Both the position numbers and the translations under genes were made by a program. A DNA stretch of 64,000 bases. Source: Lingula anatina (lineage: Eukaryota; Animalia; Brachiopoda). Shown here in pieces: positions 1-10,877 of this stretch. The stretch's first letter is position 1; each line of letters begins with the position of its first letter. The stretch lies in contig CM120648.1 of the NCBI GenBank assembly GCA_051362555.1, forward strand, positions 19,526,587-19,590,586. Direction: 5' to 3'. The notes beneath the pieces were generated by a model. That model did not search any database. It had not been told where the DNA came from and saw only the letters and a program-made list of their open reading frames with translations.

Positions 1-352
1 TTTTGAGTTCAGTTATATTGATAATTCTTCATTCATTTGAATAATTTTCATCATCCTTGGCTAGTCTACTAATTATTATAAGGTCAGATGCTGAATTTAA
101 AAAGAATACAAATTAAAGAGTATATGAGTATTAACACATGCTCCCTGTAAAGTCTGGTTTGGAGTGCACTGACCTCGACCTACAGTGACCTTGACCCACC
201 GTGACCTTGACTTATAGTGACCTGTCCACACTGGTCTGATGGTGTGACACACTTGAAGATTATGACAGCTGTTTTTCTGCCTAAATTCTCCTGCACTATG
301 CTGCCATCTCCAGGTTGAAATTAGCTAAGAGAATGTTCTTAATTATTCCCAG

Positions 353-463
353 GTGCTGCCTTTGGTCGTCTTGTAGGAGAGTGTTTGGCGACGTGGTTCC
401 CCAGTGGAGTGAGGATGGGAGAGCAGGTGTCTCCTATAGTCCCTGGAGGATATGCTGTAGTAG
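353..463 (+). CDS. CLCN2: ClC-2-like chloride channel exon ([38 protein letters not shown])
   Basis: CCCAG acceptor at 351-352 and GTAAGT donor at 464. The translation matches the ClC-1/2 helix N-O motif [10 protein letters not shown]...[10 protein letters not shown]. Upstream exons lie outside the window. Confidence 0.93.
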
Positions 464-873
464 GTAAGTGTATGACTACATGGTATCCCAGTGAAGTCAG
501 GATGGGAGAGCAGGTGTCTCCTATAGTACCTGGAGGATATGCTGTAGTAGGTAAGTGTATGACTACATGGTATCCCAGTGAAGTCAGGATGGGAGAGCAG
601 GTGTCTCCTATAGTACCTGGAGGATATGCTGTAGTAGGTAAGTGTATGACTACATGGTATCCCAGTGAAGTCAGGATGGGAGAGCAGGTGTCTCCTATAG
701 TACCTGGAGGATATGCTGTAGTAGGTAAGTGTATGACTACATGGTATCCCAGTGAAGTCAGGATGGGAGAGCAGGTGTCTCCTATAGTACCTGGAGGATA
801 TGCTGTAGTAGGTGAGTTTATGACTACATGGTATCCCAGTGAAGTCAGGATGGGAGAGCAGGTGTCTCCTATA
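377..873 (+). repeat. 87-bp tandem repeat (left half) made of the ClC exon 3' end plus donor
   Basis: Donors at 464, 551, 638, 725, 812 (period 87). Translates as a 29-aa repeat without stops. Confidence 0.95.
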
Positions 874-976
874 TAGGACTTGCATTATTCGAAAGGTGCG
901 ATGTGCGCATGACCAGAATTGTGCACTGCAGGGGTCAAAATAGTACCGGAAGCGTTGTTGACAGCGATAGGAACAC

Positions 977-1560
977 ATGATGGAAGCAGAAGACGCGCCG
1001 GGGGCGATATTAAACAAGCCATTTGAGCCGACAATGGTGCCGGAGTTGAAACGTTGGTTAAAATGTAGGTTGCCCACACATCAGGCAAAAAAGAAGAGCT
1101 GATAAAAAGGTATGTTACAAGATATTTTCTTAAATACACGACCAAAAACAAAACCCTTATGTGGTCATTATGTAATTATGTTCACCTGAGTCATTCATTG
1201 GGGAGATAAATTTGTCACCTGGTTCAGGCAATTATCTGATACAATCTCTGAGGTGGGCTAGTGCACTGTACAATAAAATTAGTACAAGCTCCCTGTCATT
1301 ATTAGTGCATCTATCATTCGTTTCTTCATTATCCTTCTGTTGTGTATCCAAGTAGATTTCGGTTAAAAATTTTCTGTTTTGTCATCAGTCTAATATGTAT
1401 GTATGTAAATAATCACTGTTATAGATGTATTGATGATGACTTTAATAATTATTTTCATGACTATTTTTTACTTGTTTTATAGGTGTAAACTGTACAGTGA
1501 GAATAGAGAGAGAAACAAAATATTGGATCCAGACAGTGGAGTTTGGAAGAGAAAATTAGA
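977..1560 (+). pseudogene. SAP-motif protein remnant (transposon accessory gene)
   Basis: 977-1109 reads VPELKRWLKCR then, after a frameshift, SGKKEELIKR (SAP motif); donor GTATGT at 1110; next exon from 1483 reads CKLYSENRERNKILDPDSGVWKRKL. Confidence 0.6.
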
Positions 1561-1896
1561 AGTAGGCCTACCAGATTGAAGTTTGAATCAAGACAGTGGA
1601 GAATGGACCAAGCCCTTGAAGGGAATGCCCAAACCGTTTTTTTTTTTTTTAATATTTGTCTTTTAATAAATACAATTCAAGATTTTGTTTCACAATTTTA
1701 TTTTGCATAATAAAACCAATGATGTTGCCTTGGAAATATCTTTCCAAGGTACCTTATGATATTTCATGTTTTAAAATGCAATGTTTTAAACATTTTCTAG
1801 ATATGTTCAAGTGCAATGTGATAATAAAAATGTGATATTTGGTAAAATTGTTCTCTTTTTTGTTATTTGCATAAGTAATATACGATTCAATACTCC

Positions 1897-2006
1897 TTCA
1901 CAGTCAGGATTAAACCTGGTTTTAGTTTTACTGAGGTCTAAGCAATGGCGATAACAAAACTCTTAAACTAAAGTAAAACTAAAACCAGCTTTAACCTTGC
2001 TGTGAA
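1897..2006. repeat. Short inverted-repeat (MITE-like) insert
   Basis: TTCACAGTCAGGATTAAACCTGGTTTTAGTTTTACT ... AGTAAAACTAAAACCAGCTTTAACCTTGCTGTGAA are near reverse complements. Confidence 0.5.
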
Positions 2007-2367
2007 ATCAAACCAAAGTTTCACATGACAATTTTCATGCCATTTTTTATACTGAGGTAATGTCAGAGTATAAAAAGTCATGAAAATTTAAAATTCCTCG
2101 TAGGTTTCAAGACCGATGAAATATTTACCCATTTCAGGTTTGTTGTGCATAGACGTTATGCTGAAAGTGTGTTTGTCAACTTCCTCATGTGCTTTGGACA
2201 GTTATTCCAGCATTTTATGTACTTTTCCTCTGTCACACTATTTCTTCATGCATTTTTTTTTTTTTTTTTTTTTTTTTTTTGTTCATTGTAATTCCACCTT
2301 GTTTCCGAAAGTTCAATTTCTAAAGATCAGATTTTCTGTTCCATACTGAAAATAATGTCCTTTTTCC

Positions 2368-2823
2368 TTAACTGTCGTTAAAAGCGCATCTGAGCCTGCA
2401 TATGATACAATGCAGTCTGCACATGTATTTGAGAAGCCATTTTCGTCCTCGATGTTCAACTTCCCAATCGCCGCCAGGTTCACTAAAATTTGTCTCAGAA
2501 TTAGCTGTAGGCCTATCAACAGTTAAATGTCTAATAAATTTTCTTCGGGGCTTACAAACCTTCGTTTGCTTGAGTGAAAATATAATTGGTCTACCACCCA
2601 AATACGATTTATTTCCTCCTTCAAAATGAGCACTACACACAGGGTGATGCTTGGCGGGCTCGAACTTACTAAATTTGCTTTTATTTCCCGCTCGTCCAAT
2701 ATTGTCAATCCATATACCTCTCTCTTTTGGGTCCTTGGGGAAAGCATAAAATGAAAAATTTCGATCTCGCTTCGTGTTGTTGAAACAACAAGGCAAAAAA
2801 CACATATAACCGCCGAGAGGCAT
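2368..2823 (-). pseudogene. THAP zinc-finger N-terminus of a truncated transposase
   Basis: MPLGGYMCFLPCCFNNTKRDRNFSFYAFPKDP..W..VCSAHFEGG shows the THAP C-x4-C, FP, W, CSxHF signature. No DDE domain follows. Confidence 0.8.
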
Positions 2824-2926
2824 TTTATTTCTTTGTACAGAAATGGCGGCAACGCAAGATGGGTCCCACTTTACCCACAATGCATTGCGCTCAATATCGA
2901 AAACGAGACGAATAATGCAAGTCGTA

Positions 2927-3480
2927 TATAGTACCTGGAGGATATGCTGTAGTAGGTGAGTGTATGACTACATGGTATCCCAGTGAAGTCAGGATGGGAG
3001 AGCAGGTGTCCCCTATAGTACCTGGAGGATATGCTGTAGTAGGTGAGTGTATGACTACATGGTATCCCAGTGAAGTCAGGATGGGAGAGCAGGTGTCCCC
3101 TATAGTACCTGGAGGATATGCTGTAGTAGGTGAGTGTATGACTACATGGTATCCCAGTGAAGTCAGGATGGGAGAGCAGGTGTCTCCTATAGTACCTGGA
3201 GGATATGCTGTAGTAGGTAAGTGTATGACTACATGGTATCCCAGTGAAGTCCGGATGGGAGAGCAGGTGTCTCCTATAGTACCTGGAGGATATGCTGTAG
3301 TAGGTAAGTGTATGACTACATGGTATCCCAGTGAAGTCAGGATGGGAGAGCAGGTGTCTCCCATAGTACCTGGAGGATATGCTGTAGTAGGTAAGTGTAT
3401 GACTACATGGTATCCCAGTGAAGTCCGGATGGGAGAGCAGGTGTCTCCTATAGTACCTGGAGGATATGCTGTAGTAGGTA
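2927..3480 (+). repeat. 87-bp tandem repeat (right half) of ClC exon end plus donor
   Basis: Donors at 2956, 3043, 3130, 3217, 3304, 3391, 3478. Resumes exactly where the unit was cut at 873. Confidence 0.95.
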
Positions 3481-3825
3481 ATATCATGTAACTCAGCAGT
3501 ACTCTCTATCACTGTTAAGATTCATATTAGAGTCCTCTACAAACCCATGATAGTAACTACAGGTATGAAAATTGATCACTTCAATTATACTTGATCTAGT
3601 GTGTCAGGTATTTTAAATATTTGAAAAAAAAATGAAAGTTATTATTCCAAAATGAGTTTTTCAGTACTTTATTTATTAATAAGTCAGCTGTACATGTATC
3701 TTAATGCAGCAGCTATTGCTCTTTAAGTTGGCTGATATCGCACTGGAAAAAAATGTCAGTAGTATGTTCCTTTCAATGTATTTTTGCTTACATAATCATA
3801 AAATATGCGTGTATCATTTGTATAG

Positions 3826-3923
3826 GAGCTGCTGCTTTGGCAGGAAGTGTTACCCACACCATTTCCACCTCTGTGATAGTGTTTGAGCTGACGGGACAGA
3901 TATCCCACATTCTACCTGCTGTG
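3826..3923 (+). CDS. CLCN2: ClC-2-like exon ([32 protein letters not shown])
   Basis: TAG acceptor and GTAAGA donor, phase-compatible with the previous exon. Conserved [16 protein letters not shown] motif. Confidence 0.95.
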
Positions 3924-4096
3924 GTAAGACAACTGATTGTTTGATAAATGTGATAGTGTTTGAGCTAACGGGACAGATATCCCACATTCTACTGGCTGAC
4001 AAGATTGTTGGTCTTTGAAAAATTTTAATATATTTAATCAATTTTATAAAACCAACACTTATTTTACATTTTCTATATATCATTTGTATACTCCAG

Positions 4097-4212
4097 ATAG
4101 CAGTGTTGATAGCCAATGCAGTCGCCCACAGCCTTCAGCCGTCCATTTATGACAGCATCATCCAGATCAAAAGGCTGCCTTACCTGCCCGATATAATCCC
4201 CACCAAGTCCAG
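4097..4212 (+). CDS. CLCN2: ClC-2-like exon ([38 protein letters not shown])
   Basis: CAG acceptor and GTAATA donor. Helix Q-R motif [19 protein letters not shown]. Confidence 0.95.
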
Positions 4213-4812
4213 GTAATATGTGATATCATCCCCACCAAGTCCAGGTAATATGTGATATCATCCCCACCAAGTCCAGGTAATATGTGATATCATCCCTACC
4301 AAGTCAAGGTAATGTGATATCATCCCCACCAAGTCCAGGTAATATGTGATATCATCCCTACCAAGTCCAGGTAATATGTGATATCATCCCCACCAAGTCC
4401 AGGTAATATGTGATATCACCCCCACCAAGTCCAGGTAATATGTGATATCACCCCCACCAAGTCCAGGTAATATGTGATATCATCCCCACCAAGTCTAGGT
4501 AATATGTGATATCATCCCCTCCAAGTCTAGGTAATATGTGATATCATCCCCTCCAAGTCCAGGTAATATGTGATATCATCCCCACTAAGTCCAGGCAATA
4601 TGTGATATCATCCCTACCAAATCCAAGTAATATCATCCCCACCAAGTCCAGGTAATAAGTGATATCATCCCCTCCAAGTCCAGGTAATATGTGATATCAT
4701 CCTCACCAAGTGCAGGTAATATGTGATATCATCCCCACTAAGTCCAGGCAATATGTGATATCATCCCTACCAAGTCCAAGTAATATCATCCCCACCAAGT
4801 CCAGGTAATGTG
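4190..4812 (+). repeat. 32-bp minisatellite (~19 copies) of the exon 3' end plus donor
   Basis: Unit GTAATATGTGATATCATCCCCACCAAGTCCAG. Confidence 0.93.
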
Positions 4813-5069
4813 TGAACAAAATATCATGAATAATCATTTAAAATTACTGAATTAGAGTAATGTGATTATTAAGTAATCTTTACATTAGCTTACTTGATAC
4901 AAGATGAGGTTAAAAATTGCTTACATTTAAAAAGATAATTTTAACCCTCTATAACAGGTACCTATATAGTATATACACCTTTAGGTTTATTTACCATCAC
5001 ACTATTGTTTTCCATGTACCTTTCTCTGCTTATTTTGATAATGAAGTTTGATTAATTTTGATTTTACAG

Positions 5070-5164
5070 AAAAGAAATTCAGCATTGGGCTGGCAAAGAT
5101 TTTCAAATCTCGAAGTAAAGAAAGTATCGCGGACAGTATGGCTTCTGAAGATGATGAAGCTCAG
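5070..5164 (+). CDS. CLCN2: Probable ClC-2 inter-CBS linker exon (KKFSIGLAKIFKSRSKESIADSMASEDDEAQ)
   Basis: TTTTACAG acceptor and GTAACT donor. Open in phase 1 to 0; a phase-2 entry gives an internal stop. Confidence 0.65.
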
Positions 5165-5505
5165 GTAACTATGGCAACAAACTGATAAACAGCATGGAAT
5201 ATTTTAGTTTAAAAGTCAATATTTACAGGGTTCTGTATTCTACTTATGAAGGATTAGCAGTGTGAGGAGTCAGGTATATCTAATTATATTATATATAGCA
5301 TCGTGAATATCATAAGAGACATACATATATATATATATCTATATTATATTATATATGTAGCATCGTGAGGGTAGTGGCTAAGTTTACATTTATCTATTCA
5401 TCTGTGTTTAATGTTATTATTTTTTATTTATTTATATCTTTTGCATGTGCTGTAAGTCTCTGCATACATGAAGTACCAGTTTGAAGTGAATAGTTAATAC
5501 TTGAA

Positions 5506-5509
<4 letters not shown>

Positions 5510-5575
<66 letters not shown>
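5510..5575. repeat. (TA)n microsatellite
   Basis: Direct inspection. Confidence 0.95.
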
Positions 5576-5578
<3 letters not shown>

Positions 5579-5635
5579 ATAGAGTGACCATGATGTAAGG
5601 TTTAAAAGTGTGATACTGATACTTGGGTCATCCAG

Positions 5636-6266
5636 ACACCATTAAACTACCTGAAGGTCAACATACCTATATCTGCCCAGGCTTGTCAACTGTTTGTCCT
5701 CTGAGTCAGTACAACAGTTAGTGTGTGGTATTACACCATTAAACTACCTGAAGGTCAACATACATGTATCCACCCAGGCTTGTCAACTGTTTGCCCTCTG
5801 AGTCAGTACAACAGTTAGTGTGTGGTATTACACCATTAAACTACCTGAAGGTCAACATACCTGTATCTACCCAGGCTTGTCAACTGTTTGCCCTCTGAGT
5901 CATTACAACAGTTAGTGTGTGGTATTACACCATTAAACTACCTGAAGGTCAACATACCTGTATCTACCCAGGCTTGTCAACTGTTTGCCCTCTGAGTCAT
6001 TACAACAGTTAGTGTGTGGTATTACACCATTAAAACTACCTGAAGGTCAACATACCTATATCTGCCCAGGCTTGTCAACTGTTTGCCCTCTGAGTCATTA
6101 CAACAGTTAGTGTGTGGTATTACACCATTAAAACTACCTGAAGGTCAACATACCTGTATCTACCCAGGCTTGTCAACTGTTTGCCCTCTGAGTCAGTACA
6201 ACAGTTAGTGTGTGGTATTACACCATTAAACTACCTGAAGGTCAACATACCTGTATCTACCCAGGC
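5636..6266. repeat. 97-bp tandem repeat, ~6.5 copies
   Basis: ACACCATTAAACTACCTGAAGGTCAAC recurs at 5636, 5733 and onward. Confidence 0.92.
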
Positions 6267-6400
6267 CAGCTGCCATATGCACTGTACACTTAGTGTTATA
6301 TACAGCATATAGTTTCATTCTCATGGTCTGTCTGATTTGGTGAAATGTAGATATTAACTGTAAGTGAAATGGTCTGGGTATTATTTGAATGTCTGCTTTT

Positions 6401-6727
6401 ATTATATTTCACTATTGACAGGATTCCTCCCTGTATGAGTTGTATGTATGTTATCATATTATATTTCACTATTGACGGGATTCCTCCCTGTATGAGTTGT
6501 ATGTATGTTATCATATTATATTTCACTATTGACGGGATTCCTCCCTGTATGAGTTGTATGTATGCTATCATATTATATTTCACTATTGACAGGATTCCTC
6601 CCTGTATGAGTTGTATGTATGTTATCGTATTATATTTCACTATTGACAGGATTCCTCCCTGTATGAGTTGTATGTATGTTATCATATTATATTTCACTAT
6701 TGACGGGATTCCTCCCTATATGAGTTG
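6401..6727 (+). repeat. 57-bp tandem repeat (~6 copies) of acceptor plus exon start
   Basis: Unit TATATTTCACTATTGAC(A/G)GGATTCCTCCCTGTATGAGTTGTATGTATGTTATCATAT. Confidence 0.92.
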
Positions 6728-6784
6728 GACCCCGAGTCTGACAGGTTCTTACACAGACGTGGCAAACATGCCCATGTAAAGCTG
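6707..6784 (+). CDS. CLCN2: Probable ClC-2 linker exon (DSSLYELDPESDRFLHRRGKHAHVKL) with non-canonical GG acceptor in this sequence
   Basis: 78 nt, phase 0-0, GTAAGA donor. Joins 10842 to give HVKL-PPQRVIDLS, resembling the arthropod ClC-2 KVQLPRERVIDMS segment (recalled, not searched). Confidence 0.55.
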
Positions 6785-8578
6785 GTAAGAAGATGGCTGC
6801 TGCTTTACAAACCACGTTTTATTTGATCATGTGACTTGTTATCTAGTCATGTGACCACAGCTTTTGACCACATGTTTTGCCATTGTTTCACAACTTTTGA
6901 CTGCAGTGTGTAGGTGATTTAATTTTTGTAGCAGATTGCTGTGAGTGAGTTTTATCATAACCCATTTTTGTTAGTAGTTCCTAGCAAGATTGTTAGTTGC
7001 CATTGTGTGGCTTAGTTTTAGTTTTCTTATATGGTAAAATATTCAGAGCTGTCCTTGTGTCTGTAAGTATAGCTTGATGATTGCAGTTGTCAAAGTGAGA
7101 AGGTTTTTACTTATTTTCTGTTTGGATTTTGCTAAGAATACTATCTGAATGCTGTTAGTTTGCTGTGGTCATTTTTGAGGATGAGACAAAGGCATGACTG
7201 CAAGTAATGTTATTATAAATAGACTTAGGATACTATAGAGAAATAAACTTATATTGCTGATTGAAAAGAACACAACCCGATTGTCAAAATGTAATGAAAA
7301 GTAGATTTTGATCATTTTGTAACGGTTTTCTAACAAAAATAGCATCTGCACCAAAAGCTGCTTCTGTTTTGATATTTTTTCTGCTTGCAGTGAAAACCAA
7401 TATGTTTTGTCTACAAAATCATTTTCATTTGTATTGAAGCATATAATTTGAGACTCTGACTGCTTGGATTGATATACAGTTTTATTTTATAAAAAATTGT
7501 ATTATTATTTTCTTTCTTGTCATCAATTAATAGTCTTCACATCCAAAAGAACTTCATAGCAACCAAGATGAGACACTATAAAACCTGGACTGGTTTTCTA
7601 ACTGTTCATGTAGTTCAAACCCCATAAATGTGTCTGGCATATTTAATAAACGACACATGCAGATATCAAAGAATCGTCAAAAGTTGGAGCACATTTACTC
7701 TCCCTAAAGGTTGCCGCCTTAGTGCAGAGTATCAATTTGTGAAATTGTCCTCTCTTGTTGTTCACTGGCTGTGGTAATTGAGTTGTGTTATCATGTAAAC
7801 TGTTATGAGGGGAATTATGCAATGGCTGCTGCCCAGAAACCTATTAAATATAAACACTGATTTATAACATTCTCAACAAATGATATTGTGCAAACAATTC
7901 TCTTGGGAAGTACAGTATAGAATGGCATATAAACAGAAACCAGTTGAAAATGAAGATGAACATGCACTGATGTTGACAGGGGTCAGCTGCTTTCTGCTTT
8001 CTCTGTGCACCAGCTTATAATTACTAGTTGTACATATTTGGGGAAGTTCCTTAACTGACTGCCACTCCCCCCCCCCCCCCCCCACCACTCCTTCACAATG
8101 GTGATCTTCATCTGAAATCTACTAATGAGACTATCATGTTTCTTACTACTATCTATACTTTCCTGTGTACAGCATTAATACCTTGCATGTTGAGGCCTGG
8201 TGGCCTAAAATATCTTATGATTTATGGTGGTTCATCCATTGGCATGCTTTAATAATATGTCTTTATGTTTACTAACACCTTTATTATTTGATTTCAGTTG
8301 TCAAGAAATACCCTTCCTCCTTACATTCTCTTTAAATTTTATAGTACAGGGATGGGAGCATCCTCCTTCAAATTTTGAATTACAGGGATGGAAATTTCCC
8401 AAGGTTTTAGCAGAAAAGACAACTACATTTTGTTAGAAATGCTACAAGAGTAGGAGACGTCAGTGTTGAAAAGTAGGTGCAGGTTCCTTTCTCTCCAAAC
8501 ATTGTATGTTCCCATCCCTGTACATGATATGTAGCAGTTAAAACACCATTAAACCAGCACTTTGATGTGCAGCATATT

Positions 8579-8833
8579 TAAGACACCATTCCCAGAGCCT
8601 ATCGCACTAACTTTGGATCGGTCCAGGGGGATTCCCACTAAATTGCTATCAAATTTAACAGCTTAGATGTCTCGCACACCCACTGAAGCTGTTAGGGGGT
8701 AATTAACTCATTAAGCAGCTTTAGCAGATGTGCCAGACATCTAAGCTGCTTAAGCTGAAAGCAATTTAGGGAGAAACCCCTTGGAGATAGTTCAATCTTC
8801 TAAGATCGATCTAGGCATGGTAACCCAGTCTTA
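8579..8833. mobile_element. ~255-bp MITE (TAAGAC...GTCTTA termini)
   Basis: A homologous copy in opposite orientation lies at 30543-30802. Confidence 0.65.
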
Positions 8834-9352
8834 TACCTTATTAGTCAACTCTGTTATGTGCATGTGCAGCATATTTAATATCCTATCAGTCAACAATGTA
8901 CCTTGTACCTTGATAGCATGTGCATGATATCCATACCCTTATATTTGCAGATCACATTATTGTCAAATACAGAATTTTCCAAATATTTATTTTAAAGCAA
9001 GGCTTAAAGTGATGGATTGTCATATGCACATATTTATTGTTGATGTTTAAGGATGCCCAGTATGTAGAACATTATTATTAACAGTGGATTTCTATTAATA
9101 TTGGGTTGAAAGTTACATTGCACTTGCTGTTTCTTAGATAGTTTAATTTGCAGTCAACAATTTTAGGTATTACACTCTCATAGATGTAATCAACATTGAT
9201 ACAACTTATCTGTTCGCCAGAATTTTTTTTTCTCAAGAAGTTAAGTTTCTTGGCTACTGAAATGAGAGTGTAAACCTAGTATTTGTTGTCATGGTAATTC
9301 TTTCTGTTGCATGTTTTTCTTCATTTTCCTTTCCCTGCATTTTCTCCACTAG

Positions 9353-9442
9353 AGGTCTCCTCTAGACGATTTCCCCGAGCAATATACTGACTCTGTGCGA
9401 AGTGGCAAAAGTGTTCAATTTAATGTCTTGGACTTACAAGAG
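9353..9442 (+). CDS. CLCN2: Putative alternative ClC-2 linker exon (RSPLDDFPEQYTDSVRSGKSVQFNVLDLQE)
   Basis: Long polypyrimidine tract plus TAG, GTAAGT donor, 90 nt, phase 0-0, open frame. Confidence 0.6.
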
Positions 9443-10841
9443 GTAAGTTTAATGTCATAGGTTTACTAGAGAAAATGTTAAAGTGATGAACATGCAGGTG
9501 AGTCCTGAACCATGCTTTCATAAACAAAATAAACAGAGGCTGGCAGATCTGCTGCACTGTGGAAATTATACTTTTGAAATACTGCCACTACCCATGTCAG
9601 TAATTATCAGTGATGTTTTTAAAAGTAATAAATATTGTTATGTGTCAGTTACTGCATCCCAGAGCTAATAATATGATATCATGGAGGATACTGGGGTCTA
9701 GTCAGGGTCAGGGGGAAATCAGAGGTGAAGTGAAGGTCAGGGCAAGGTCAGAGGTGAAGTAAAGGTCAGGGAGAGGTGAGAGGTAAAGGTCAAGAAATTG
9801 TCATTTGTCCATCACAAGATCAGTCTTGGGTCAAGAGACCCAGAAATGTGCCAAAAGAAGTTATATTGAAACAGTCATTTGACAACTGGGATGTAAAGCA
9901 GTTGTTTCTTTATGTATAATATTATTTATTAATTATGATTTTATCGATATGAATATTATTTCTTTAATTTTTTGGAATTTTATAGGCTTACCATATATTT
10001 CATAGTTGAAGGCTAATTTTAAGGTTGCTTTTTAGAAGTGACTTAGTAGACATGCTTTTCTTGCTAGTATACATGTATATATTTTAGATGTCTAGCTTTC
10101 CTATGGAATATTGTATCACTTGTGGTGATACTCTAGTAGTATTATACCCCAGACACTGGTTAAGGGGTGTATAGACTACAGGTTGGCTGTCTGTTAAGTT
10201 TGTTCATTAAAATTGCTTGACTTGGTGAAAACATCACATAAGAGGTCAGCAGATTGTATAACTGAAATTTTCAGACTTTTTTAAGATGAAGAAAAGGTAA
10301 ATGATGTTAGTGAATTTTATGGATATTTCTTTGTATTACGGTAAGTTGATTTCGGAAATGCATCTAGTAAGGTGTGATGTGTGGTATATTTGATCTGTTT
10401 ATCATGTGTGTGTTGTGTTTAGAATTTATTTTGTCATGATTGTAGAACTTGCAGTGATGAGAGCCTTAGTGTCTTCACTAGAACAGCTTGCAGTGAACTG
10501 ACACATGGTTACATACTATATAGACTTTAGAGAGTATCTAGAACCAGTTTCAGAAAATGACTTAAAAGTTTGCTTTTCTTTAAAGTCTTTATTGCATTCA
10601 ACATAAATTCTGAATTAAAGACGAGACTTTTAACTTAGCTGAAATCACCCTACCTGGTTAACAATAGAATGTTATTTTAAAACCCGATATTTTATTTGAA
10701 AGGTATAGGTGATGAGATCAATAACCTTTATAAAGATGTTGCGTAGTTTATGTATTAAAATGGCACATTTCTATACTTCAAAAATAACTGATTTCAAAAA
10801 GTTATCATTCTGTCAATGGATTATTTCTCTTCATTTGCAAG

Positions 10842-10877
10842 CCTCCACAGAGAGTGATAGATTTGAGTGAAGAAGAG
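10842..10877 (+). CDS. CLCN2: ClC-2 micro-exon (PPQRVIDLSEEE)
   Basis: AAG acceptor and GTAAAG donor. Precedes the conserved WEEEQL segment before CBS2. Confidence 0.75.

Larger units (their letters stand above)
874..2926. mobile_element. Non-autonomous ISL2EU/PHIS-like DNA transposon (~2.05 kb) inserted in the 87-bp array
   Basis: TIRs TAGGACTTGCATTATTCG / CGAATAATGCAAGTCGTA (1 mismatch) at a TATA site of the repeat unit (TSD TATA or AT, ambiguous). Convergent SAP-motif remnant on + and THAP ORF on -. Superfamily is inferred from this architecture. Confidence 0.8.

Noticed and set aside
385-876. 163-aa and 175-aa (2964-3491) plus-strand repeat ORFs as stand-alone proteins
   Set aside because: They are copies of a ClC exon end within an intron; only 353-463 is supported as CDS.
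343-1077. 244-aa minus-strand repetitive ORF (also 2871-3512 and 2891-3487)
   Set aside because: Antisense readings of the stop-free 87-bp repeat; no independent coding signal.
4190-4812. 32-bp repeats resembling a CRISPR array by unit length
   Set aside because: Head-to-tail with no unique spacers, eukaryotic context, no cas genes.
6296-6779. 133-aa and 136-aa repetitive ORFs
   Set aside because: By-products of the 57-bp repeat.
10275-10296. Possible micro-exon CAG|ACTTTTTTAAGATGAAGAAAAG|GTAAAT
   Set aside because: Length is not a multiple of three and there is no recognisable similarity.
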